From Candidatus Eiseniibacteriota bacterium (GTDB lineage: Bacteria; Eisenbacteria; RBG-16-71-46; CAZEPH01), in NCBI GenBank assembly GCA_044229145.1, contig JBGATO010000105.1, positions 1-11,036 on the forward strand: a stretch of DNA of 11,036 nt, given 5' to 3'. Of this stretch, positions 1 through 7,000 are shown piece by piece. Position 1 is the stretch's first letter. Each line of letters begins with the position of its first letter. The translations under genes and the position numbers were made by a program. The notes below the pieces were generated by a model. It had not been told where the DNA came from. It searched no databases and saw nothing but the letters and a program-made list of their open reading frames with translations.

Positions 1-1
1 A

Positions 2-826
2 CATCCGCACCGCGGGTTCGAAACCGTGACGATCGTGCGACGCGGCCTGGTAGATCACAGCGACTCACTTGGTGCCACCGCGCGCTACGGACGCGGTGAC
101 GTGCAGTGGCTCACCGCCGGCGCCGGCGTCGTGCATGCCGAGATGTTCCCGTTGGTGGACCGCACGGCGCCGAATCCACTCGAGCTCTTCCAGATCTGGT
201 TGAACCTGCCGGCCGCGTCGAAGATGGTGCCGCCGCAGTTCACGATGTTCTGGGCCGAGACGCTGCCGCGGCTCATGCTGCACGACGCCGCTGGGAGACG
301 CGCGGACATCGCGGTCATCGCGGGTGCCTTTGGCGACACCGCACCCCTGTCGCCGCCGCCGCAGTCGTGGGCACGCCACCCCGAGGCCGACATCGCGATC
401 TGGACGCTGCGGCTCGATCCCGGCGCGCGGCTCACGCTGCCGACGGCACGCGGGGGCGCGGCGACCCGCCGCACGCTCTACTTCTTCGCCGGCGAAACGG
501 CGGATGTCGCGGACGAGACGTTCGCCGCCGGGACCGCGATCGAGGTGCGCGCCGACGCCTCCTGCGTCCTGACCGCCGGGGCGGCCGCGGCCGAGTTCCT
601 CGTCCTGCAAGGCCGCCCGCTCGGCGAGCCGGTTGCGCAGTACGGACCGTTCGTGATGAACACGGAACGGCAGATCCACGACGCGTTCGACGACTATCGC
701 CGCACGCAGTTCGGCGGGTGGCCGTGGGACACCGAGGCACCGGTGCATCCGCGGGACCACGGCCGCTTCGCCCGCACGCCGGATGGCGCGCTCGACACGC
801 CGCCGCCGCGGGAGACGCACGCATGA
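2..826 (+). CDS. Pirin family protein (bicupin, Fe-binding), 5'-truncated by the window edge
   Basis: The frame is open from base 2 and reads HPHRGFETVT, then GDVQWLTAGAGVVHAEMFP, LFQIWLNLPA and EPVAQYGPFVMNT, all hallmark pirin motifs. TGA at 824-826. Confidence 0.95.
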   Translation, partial: HPHRGFETVTIVRRGLVDHSDSLGATARYGRGDVQWLTAGAGVVHAEMFPLVDRTAPNPLELFQIWLNLPAASKMVPPQFTMFWAETLPRLMLHDAAGRRADIAVIAGAFGDTAPLSPPPQSWARHPEADIAIWTLRLDPGARLTLPTARGGAATRRTLYFFAGETADVADETFAAGTAIEVRADASCVLTAGAAAAEFLVLQGRPLGEPVAQYGPFVMNTERQIHDAFDDYRRTQFGGWPWDTEAPVHPRDHGRFARTPDGALDTPPPRETHA

Positions 827-1053
827 TCGACACGCCGACACTGGTCGACTATCCGGGCTGCCGCACGGCGTGCGCCGTGCGGCGTGGCGACTACGCGCAG
901 CTGCCCGAAGCGTGGGGCGCGTTCAGGGAGTGGATCGAGGTGGAAGGGCTCGAGACCGGTGACCATTTCTGGGAGGTCTACGCGGTCGGCCCCGAGACCA
1001 GCGAGAACCCGGACGACTGGCGCACCGAACCATACGTGCCACTGGCAGAGTGA
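823..1053 (+). CDS. Small GyrI-like (SHS2 half-domain) effector-binding protein, 76 aa
   Basis: ATG overlaps the pirin stop (ATGA 823-826), with GGAG at 811-814. RGDYAQLPEAWGAFREWIE...FWEVYAVGPETSENPDDWRTEPYVPL matches the C-terminal half of GyrI-like/AraC effector-binding domains. Confidence 0.8.
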   Translation: MIDTPTLVDYPGCRTACAVRRGDYAQLPEAWGAFREWIEVEGLETGDHFWEVYAVGPETSENPDDWRTEPYVPLAE

Positions 1054-1081
1054 GCGCCGCGAGCACTGCCGATCGCGCCTC

Positions 1082-1110
1082 TCGACGTGGCGACGCAAAC
1101 CCGGCATCAT
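1082..1110 (+). promoter_or_regulatory. Putative sigma70-type promoter for the beta-barrel gene
   Basis: TCGACG (1082-1087), 17-nt spacer, CATCAT (1105-1110) in the intergenic region; pattern match only. Confidence 0.4.
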
Positions 1111-1184
1111 CCCGCGCACTCCAACGCCCGTCCCCCCGACTGACCGCCGGGTCCGCCCGGCCCCCGACCAGGGAAGGAGACTCC

Positions 1185-1727
1185 ATGTCCTCTCTCGCTC
1201 GTCTGCCGCGCGTGGCGCGGGGCGCCGCCGTGGCTGCCGCGATCGCCTGCAGCGCCGTGTCCGCCCGCGCCGCCTCGGTGCCGCCGCTCAACGAATGGAC
1301 GTACGGCATCCGCGCCGGCATCAGCTCGAGTCCCGACCAGACGCTGGTTGGCGCGCACTACATCAGCCCGTCGTTCATCAAGCACCGCATCCAGCTCTAT
1401 CCGTCGGTGGGCGTCGGCTTCGGCGATCACGTCACCACCTGGCGCGCCAACGCCGACCTGCGCTACCTCATCCCGGTGGTCGAGACCGACTGGACGCTCT
1501 ACTTCGGCACCGGCCTGGGCTACGCGCGCTACCAAATCACCGGCCCCGGCGACAGCGACGAAACCGGCGCCAATGGCGTCCTCGGCGGCGAGTACCGCTT
1601 CGCCGGCGGCAACAAGTTCTTCGGCGAGATCCGCGTGCCGCTCGGCGAGATCCCCGGTCCGAGCCTGATCTTCAAGGACAACACATTGCCGAAGACCGAG
1701 TTGTTCGTCGGCTTCACCATGCACTAG
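1185..1727 (+). CDS. Small outer-membrane beta-barrel protein with signal peptide, 180 aa
   Basis: Strong SD AAGGAG at 1174-1179 before ATG 1185. Signal peptide ends around ARA/A. Amphipathic strands WTYGIRAGIS, LYFGTGLGYARY, GVLGGEYRF, FFGEIRV and the terminal LFVGFTMH. The 1050 start in the ORF track adds a non-protein-like leader. Confidence 0.75.
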   Translation: MSSLARLPRVARGAAVAAAIACSAVSARAASVPPLNEWTYGIRAGISSSPDQTLVGAHYISPSFIKHRIQLYPSVGVGFGDHVTTWRANADLRYLIPVVETDWTLYFGTGLGYARYQITGPGDSDETGANGVLGGEYRFAGGNKFFGEIRVPLGEIPGPSLIFKDNTLPKTELFVGFTMH

Positions 1728-1734
1728 GCCGGTG

Positions 1735-1754
1735 CCGGGGGCAGTGGCCCCCGG
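1735..1754 (+). terminator. GC-rich hairpin after the beta-barrel gene, possible terminator
   Basis: Perfect 8-bp stem CCGGGGGC-AGTG-GCCCCCGG starting 8 nt after the TAG; only TT follows, so the U-tract is weak. Confidence 0.45.
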
Positions 1755-1761
1755 TTGGTCG

Positions 1762-1791
1762 CTGACGCGCGGGGCGCCGGGCTGGTAGGCT
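1762..1791 (+). promoter_or_regulatory. Putative extended -10 promoter of the mqnD operon
   Basis: CTGACG (1762-1767), 18-nt spacer, TG-G-TAGGCT (TG 1783-1784, -10 at 1786-1791), between the hairpin and the GAAGGA SD of mqnD. Confidence 0.5.
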
Positions 1792-1846
1792 ACCGCACTC
1801 GTCCGAGACCCTGGGCCACGCGCCCCGCCACCCCGAAGGAAGCCGC

Positions 1847-2710
1847 ATGACCTCCGACACCGCTCCCGCCGTCCGCGAAATCCTCGTCGGACACAGCCCG
1901 GACCCCGACGATGCCTTCATGTTCTACGCGCTGGCGCACTGCCGCGTGGTGATCCCCGGGATCAGCGTGAAGCACGTGCTCGAGGACATCGAGTCGCTCA
2001 ACAAGCGCGCGCTCCAGGGCGAACTCGAGGTCACCGCGGTGTCGGCGCACGCCTTCGCCTTCCTCGAGGACAAGTACTGGATCATGCGCAGCGGGGCGAG
2101 CGTTGGCCGCAACTACGGTCCGAAGCTGGTGGCGAAGACCTCGCGCGGCTACAGCAGCGTCGCCGATATCGCCGGCAAGCGCGTCGCGGTGCCGGGCTCG
2201 ATGACCACCGCCGCGCTCGTGCTGTCGATCGCCACGCAGGGTTACACGCCGGTCGTCGTACCGTTCGACGAGATCCTCGAGGCGGTGGAGCGCGAGGACG
2301 TCGACGCCGGGTTGGTGATCCACGAAGGTCAGCTCACCTACCAAGACCACGGCATGACGCTGCTGCTCGACCTCGGCTCGTGGTGGCACGAGACGACCGG
2401 CGGGCTGCCGCTGCCGCTCGGTCTCGATCTGGTGCGCAAGGATCTCGGCTGGGACACCGCGAAGGCGATCGCCAAGGGTCTGCGCGAAGCCATCGACTAC
2501 GCCATCGAGCACGAGGACGAGGCGCTGCCCTACGCGATCCAGTTCGGCCGCGGCATTCCGCTCGAGACGGCGCGCACCTTCGTCCGCATGTACGTCAACG
2601 CCGACACGCAGGACCTCGGCGAGCAGGGCGAGACGGCGCTCAAGCTCCTCTACGAAAAGGCGCACGCAGTGGGCGCGATCCCGCGTATCCCGGAGGTGGT
2701 GCTGATTTGA
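1847..2710 (+). CDS. mqnD: 1,4-dihydroxy-6-naphthoate synthase (futalosine menaquinone pathway; MqnA/MqnD family)
   Basis: GHSPDPDDAFMFYAL, DIESLN, SGASVGRNYGP, VAVPGSMTTA, GLVIHEGQLTY (catalytic His motif), DLGSWW...LPLPLG and MYVN are MqnD motifs. SD GAAGGA upstream. Confidence 0.88.
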   Translation: MTSDTAPAVREILVGHSPDPDDAFMFYALAHCRVVIPGISVKHVLEDIESLNKRALQGELEVTAVSAHAFAFLEDKYWIMRSGASVGRNYGPKLVAKTSRGYSSVADIAGKRVAVPGSMTTAALVLSIATQGYTPVVVPFDEILEAVEREDVDAGLVIHEGQLTYQDHGMTLLLDLGSWWHETTGGLPLPLGLDLVRKDLGWDTAKAIAKGLREAIDYAIEHEDEALPYAIQFGRGIPLETARTFVRMYVNADTQDLGEQGETALKLLYEKAHAVGAIPRIPEVVLI

Positions 2711-2724
2711 CCGCGGGGCGCGCC

Positions 2725-3456
2725 GTGATTCGCGCCTGCTTCTTCGACGCGGTGTGGACGTTGATCAAGCCGTCCCCGCCGTCTCCCGTGCTCTACGCGG
2801 AGATGGCGGGGCGTTTTGGCATTCAGGCCGATCCCGCCGCGCTCGGCCGCGCGCTCAAGGCGTCGTGGGGCCCGAAGGCCGCGGCAAAGCGTGCGGTGAC
2901 GCAGGTTTCGGGCACGCACGAAGCGCTGGAGCGCGAGTGGTGGCGCTCGGTGGTGCGCGACGCCTTCGCGCTGGCCACCGGCGAACCGTGCAGCGACGAG
3001 TGCTTCGCGGCGATCTTCGATGTCTACGGCACCGGCGATGCGTGGGCGTTGATGCCCGGCGCGGTGGAGTCGCTGACCGCGCTGCGCGCCGCCGGCGTCA
3101 CCACCGGCATGATCTCGAACTACGACGCGCGGCTCGAAGGTGTGCTCGACGCGTTCGGGCTGCGGCGGTTGCTCGATGTCGTCGCGTACTCGTCGGCAGT
3201 GGGGTGGGAGAAGCCGGACGCGCCGATCTTCGCCTTCGCGCGCGAGGCGGCCGGTGTGGCACCGGAGCAGTGCGTCCATGTCGGCGACGATCCGGAAACC
3301 GACGTGCGCGGCGCGCTGGCGGCGGGCTTCCACGCGCTGTGGTTCGTGGGAGGTGGTTCCACGGCGACGCACACCGAGGAGATGCTCGCGGCGTCGCCGG
3401 CGCCGGTGATCCGCGCGCTCGACGACGCGGTGCGCTGGGTGGAGGCGGCGCGCTGA
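2725..3456 (+). CDS. HAD-superfamily hydrolase, subfamily IA (REG-2/HDHD3-like)
   Basis: Motif I FFDAVWTL, motif II ISNYD, motif III EKPD, motif IV HVGDD...D..GA. GTG 2725 gives MIRACFFD. An alternative TTG start at 2707 overlaps the mqnD stop, with GGAGG at 2692-2696. Confidence 0.9.
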   Translation: MIRACFFDAVWTLIKPSPPSPVLYAEMAGRFGIQADPAALGRALKASWGPKAAAKRAVTQVSGTHEALEREWWRSVVRDAFALATGEPCSDECFAAIFDVYGTGDAWALMPGAVESLTALRAAGVTTGMISNYDARLEGVLDAFGLRRLLDVVAYSSAVGWEKPDAPIFAFAREAAGVAPEQCVHVGDDPETDVRGALAAGFHALWFVGGGSTATHTEEMLAASPAPVIRALDDAVRWVEAAR

Positions 3457-4379
3457 GCGGCGCCGCGCGACCGCGGTGGGCGGCGGCGTTGTTGGCGGCC
3501 GGCGTGATGTCGACCGCGGCGTCGGCGATCTTCGTCAAACTCGCGCACCTGCCGGGGCCGGTGTCGGCGTTCTATCGCGTGTTCTTCGGGTTTTGCGGGA
3601 CGCTTGCGTTGTGCGTCGTGCATCGGCCGCGCTGGCCGCGCGCTGCGGCGCTGCGCTGGACGGCGCTCGGCGGCGTGCTGTTCGGCATCGAACTCGCGTT
3701 GTGGCAGATCGCCCTGCAAACCACGCCGGCCGCCAACGCGACGTTGTTCGCGCAGATCGCGCCGGTGTGGGTGGGGCTCGGGGCGTTTCTGTTCTTGCGC
3801 GAGCGGCAACCGTGGTTGTTCTGGTGCGGCATCGCCGTTGCGCTCGGCGGCGCCGCGGTGGTGGCGCGTGCGAGCGGCGGCGGCGCGTGGATGTCGCACG
3901 GCGATGCGTTCGCCTTCGCCGCCAGTTTCTTCTACGCCGGCTACCTGCTGGTGACCCGCCGCGTGCGCGGCGAACTCGACTCGCACACGTTCATGCTGGT
4001 GTCGGCCGGCGTGTCGAGTCTCGCGTTGTGGCCGGTGTGCGTCGGCATGCACCTGCCGCTCACCGGCTTCGCGCCGCATGTGTGGGCGTCGCTCCTGGCG
4101 CTCGGGTTGGTGTCGCACTTCGTCGGCTACATGCTGATCACCTACGCGCTCGGCCACTTCAGCGCCAGCGCGGTATCGGCGACGCTGCTCACGCAGCCGC
4201 TGTTCACGGCGACGTACGCGGCGATCCTGCTCGGCGAGGTGCCGCGGCCGGCGCAGTTGGCCGGCGGCGCCTTGGTGCTGGCCGGACTGGCGGTGGTGCA
4301 GCGGGCGCTGTCGACGCGCGAACGAGCGGCTAGTGCAGCACCAGCACCCGCGCGGCGCGTCGCGCGCCGCCCGCGGTGA
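3453..4379 (+). CDS. EamA/DMT family transporter (about 10 TM helices)
   Basis: Two EamA repeats: SAIFVKL, SAFYRVFFG, ANATLFAQIAPVWV...FLFLRER, SFFYAGYLL, LLTQPL...AILLGEVP...QLAGGALVLAGL. Start is uncertain: CTG 3453 (overlaps the HAD stop, GGAGG at 3441-3445), TTG 3489/3492 or ATG 3507. Confidence 0.9.
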   Translation: MSGAARPRWAAALLAAGVMSTAASAIFVKLAHLPGPVSAFYRVFFGFCGTLALCVVHRPRWPRAAALRWTALGGVLFGIELALWQIALQTTPAANATLFAQIAPVWVGLGAFLFLRERQPWLFWCGIAVALGGAAVVARASGGGAWMSHGDAFAFAASFFYAGYLLVTRRVRGELDSHTFMLVSAGVSSLALWPVCVGMHLPLTGFAPHVWASLLALGLVSHFVGYMLITYALGHFSASAVSATLLTQPLFTATYAAILLGEVPRPAQLAGGALVLAGLAVVQRALSTRERAASAAPAPARRVARRPR

Positions 4380-5574
4380 GATGGCAGACGTAGACGCCGC
4401 GCGGCATCGTCGTCTCCACCCGCTGCGAATGGCGTCCCGGCGCCAGCGGCTCGTCGCGCAGCACCGCCACCCGGCGCCCCCGCGTGTCGAATAGCTCCAG
4501 CCGCACCTGCGACGCCTCCGCGAGGCCGAACTCGAGTTGCGCCGCCCCGCGCGCGACGAGCCAGAGACGGTCGTCGTTGAGTGCCGGCGTCGCGACGTCC
4601 GTCGTCACGCCGCCGCACATGAACTGCGTCGCGGTCGAATCGTAGGTCGACTTCCAGGCGGTGGATTTCGCGGTGAGCGTTGCCCAGACGAGATCGCCGC
4701 TGTCGACGTACGGTTGCAGCGCGGTGAGGATCTGTCCGAGCCGTGCGAGACACGTCGCGTTGAGGTCGCGCACGTTCATCTGCAACGTCGCGGCGTAGAA
4801 CTTCCCGGCGGGCGCACCACCGCCATGCAACGCGCCAATCAACTGCACGAGATTGAAGGTCGCCGAGCTGACCTGCGTGGTGTCGGTGATCAGTGTCGAG
4901 CAGCCGTTGCCGATCAGCGACAGGTGCAGTGTCGGCACGTGCGTGAGGAAGTCGATCATCGAGCGCCCGCTCTTGGGATTCCACGCGCCGTACGTGTTGA
5001 CGTCGCTCTTGTGATCCGGACTGCCGCCGCCCCACAACGTCGCCGGCCACCACCAATACGCCGGAAACTGCTTGCCGTGCGTCGAGACTTCGAGCGCCTG
5101 CCACGTGGTGTCGAGCGCCACGAATCCGCCGACATTGCGCGACGGCGGCACGCCGAGCGAGTCGATCAACTTCGCGTCGTCGACGATCGTGTAGGTGAAA
5201 GGCGACGAGCCCGCGAGGCTGAGATGGTGCGAATGCGGATCGATTTCGATACCGCGGTCCTCGGACATCCAGCGAATCAGGTTCTTCCCGTTCGTGCTCA
5301 GGGTGCCGTGATCGAAGCGGATGCAGCCGAGCAGGAACCGCCAGTCGGACTGGAAATTGAACGCCGCGCCGTGGGCGGTGACGGTGTCGGCGAGCTGTCG
5401 CACCCATTCACGCGAGGCGGCGTAGGAGGTGGAGTCCGTGTAGTCCGGATCGGGCGCGGCTTCTTCATTGTGGATGTTGACGTTGAGATAGATCGGCGTC
5501 GTGGCGGCGCGGGCGGGAATGGCGGCGATCAGAGCGATGACGGAACACGCGAGCAGAGCACGGATGCGGAGCAT
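4330..5574 (-). CDS. Secreted protein: NodB/polysaccharide-deacetylase-like barrel candidate plus C-terminal FlgD-Ig/T9SS-CTD-like domain, 414 aa
   Basis: SD GGAG upstream; signal peptide MLRIRALLACSVIALIAAIPARA. NVNIHNEE and GIEIDPHSHH fall at the positions of CE4-like motifs 1 and 2. The C-terminus VRLELFDTRGRRVAVL...PGRH...RGVYVCHL...RVLVLH is a typical sorting-domain pattern. The CDS is solid; the enzyme call is tentative. Confidence 0.75.
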   Translation of the reverse strand: MLRIRALLACSVIALIAAIPARAATTPIYLNVNIHNEEAAPDPDYTDSTSYAASREWVRQLADTVTAHGAAFNFQSDWRFLLGCIRFDHGTLSTNGKNLIRWMSEDRGIEIDPHSHHLSLAGSSPFTYTIVDDAKLIDSLGVPPSRNVGGFVALDTTWQALEVSTHGKQFPAYWWWPATLWGGGSPDHKSDVNTYGAWNPKSGRSMIDFLTHVPTLHLSLIGNGCSTLITDTTQVSSATFNLVQLIGALHGGGAPAGKFYAATLQMNVRDLNATCLARLGQILTALQPYVDSGDLVWATLTAKSTAWKSTYDSTATQFMCGGVTTDVATPALNDDRLWLVARGAAQLEFGLAEASQVRLELFDTRGRRVAVLRDEPLAPGRHSQRVETTMPRGVYVCHLTAGGARRAARVLVLH

Positions 5575-5646
5575 GGGGGATTCTCCAGGCGATCGGGAGG
5601 CGGGAGCATTGCGTGGACCCGCGCCGCCGGCGCCCGGTTGAATCCG

Positions 5647-6168
5647 CTAGCCGTCGCCGCGGCGCGCCCGCGCTTCGTAGAGCAGTTCGGCCTGGACGGT
5701 GGCGGGCAAGCGGTCGCGGATGGCCGGAAAGATCGACGCTTCCTCCATCGCCAGATGTCGGCTGAACGCGGCGTGGAGTTGGGCGGCGAGCGCCGCGAGT
5801 TCGTCGCGCAGCGCCGAATGGCGCGCCGGGTCCTCGACGAGCGCGTCGCACAGCGCCAGCAGGCGGGCGAGCGGGGCGGCGTGGCCGTCGTGATCGCGTT
5901 CCATCGTGTGAAGCGCCTCGTCCACTGCCGGGTCGGCGCCGAGCAGGCGCGGCAGCAGGGTGTCGTTCTCGTCGTCGACGTGCGAGGGGAAGGCGGCGCG
6001 GAAGTAGTAGCGGATGCGGGACGCGGCATCGCGGACCTCGCCCGGCGCGGCGTCCGGAGCGGCCAGCCGCACCGCGCTGTCGGCGAAGCGCCGGATGCGG
6101 TCGTGGCAGGCGAGCAGGATGTCGACGAAATCGATCGCGGGTTCGGGCGGGCCGACGGAGACGGGCAC
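5647..6168 (-). CDS. Hemerythrin-like (HHE cation-binding) domain protein, 173 aa
   Basis: C-terminal part of track ORF 5647..7080. GTG at 6168 with SD GAAAGGT (6183-6177). Helical sequence with ligand pattern LLACHDRI, HVDDE, ERDH and RHLAMEEASIFP. Confidence 0.85.
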   Translation of the reverse strand: MPVSVGPPEPAIDFVDILLACHDRIRRFADSAVRLAAPDAAPGEVRDAASRIRYYFRAAFPSHVDDENDTLLPRLLGADPAVDEALHTMERDHDGHAAPLARLLALCDALVEDPARHSALRDELAALAAQLHAAFSRHLAMEEASIFPAIRDRLPATVQAELLYEARARRGDG

Positions 6169-6194
6169 GGGGCGGGACCTTTCGTGGCGCGGTG

Positions 6195-6935
6195 TCAGAC
6201 CGCGGCGTAGTGGCGGATCAGGAGGACGACGCCGGCGCCGGCCGCGGTCAGGACCACCAGGCGCGGCGCGCGTTCGGGCTTGCGGTGCTGCGCCTCCGGC
6301 AGCAGGTGGCCGGCACCGAGCGCCACGAAGGCGCCCCCGAATACCGCCAGTATCATACCGAGCGAGCGCTCCGGCAGCGAGACGTGGTAGCCAAGCGCGG
6401 CGCCGAGCGGCGGCGCCACCGCGTCGAGCACCAGCATGGTGAGCGCCGCGGCGCGGCTGCGCTGCAAGGCGAGCGTGGTGACGTTCATCCCATCGGCGAA
6501 ATCGTGCGCGAGCACGGCGACACCCACCGCGAGGCCGATGCCTTCGCCGGCGCGGAAGCCGGCACCGATCGCCAAGCCGTCGAGCAGGCTGTGGACGATC
6601 ATCCACGCCGCGCCGACCACGCCGAGGCGCGCTGGGCTGTGCGAGTGCGGCGCCTCGTCGTCGCCGTCGCAATGTTGGTGTTCCCACGCATGGCGATGCA
6701 GCCGCGCCTCGAGCCCGGCGAACAGGACGAAACCGAGCATCGCCAGGCCGCCGCCCAAGACAGCGTCGTGGCCGAGGAGTTCGGCACTTTCGGGCAACAG
6801 GTCGGCGAGTGCGGTGGCCACCAGCACGCCGGCGGCAAACGCCATGATCGGGTGGAGGCGGTGTTGCAGGCGCAGAACCGCCCAGCCACCCAAGAGCGTC
6901 GACACGAAGGGAAGGACCGCGAAGAACCAGAGCAC
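6195..6935 (-). CDS. ZIP family (ZupT/GufA-like) divalent metal transporter, 246 aa
   Basis: About 8 hydrophobic segments, AFAAGVLV...DLLPES, His-rich loop HRHAWEHQHC...HSHS, TM4 HSLLDGLAIG, TM5 LAHDFADG and C-terminal HLLPEA. Confidence 0.92.
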   Translation of the reverse strand: MLWFFAVLPFVSTLLGGWAVLRLQHRLHPIMAFAAGVLVATALADLLPESAELLGHDAVLGGGLAMLGFVLFAGLEARLHRHAWEHQHCDGDDEAPHSHSPARLGVVGAAWMIVHSLLDGLAIGAGFRAGEGIGLAVGVAVLAHDFADGMNVTTLALQRSRAAALTMLVLDAVAPPLGAALGYHVSLPERSLGMILAVFGGAFVALGAGHLLPEAQHRKPERAPRLVVLTAAGAGVVLLIRHYAAV

Positions 6936-6941
6936 GGGGGG

Positions 6942-6970
6942 ACTCTAGCAGGCGCGGGCGCGTCTGTCGC
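6942..6970 (-). promoter_or_regulatory. Putative extended -10 promoter giving a leaderless ZIP transcript
   Basis: The minus strand reads GCGACA (6970-6965), 17 nt, TG-C-TAGAGT (-10 at 6947-6942), CCCCCC, GTG. No SD sequence is present. Confidence 0.6.
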
Positions 6971-7000
6971 GCCGCCCGAGGGAGCAGCGGGCGGGGCCGC

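Noticed and set aside
106..822. Possible long N-terminal extension of the GyrI-like ORF, or a pirin-GyrI frameshift fusion
   Set aside because: The extension is a low-complexity alternate frame of pirin. Pirin has a complete C-terminus, and the small gene has its own SD and ATG.
6972..6996. CCGCCCG...CGGGCGG inverted repeat between the small gene and ZIP
   Set aside because: A 7-bp GC-only stem with no U-tract on either strand, expected by chance at this GC content.
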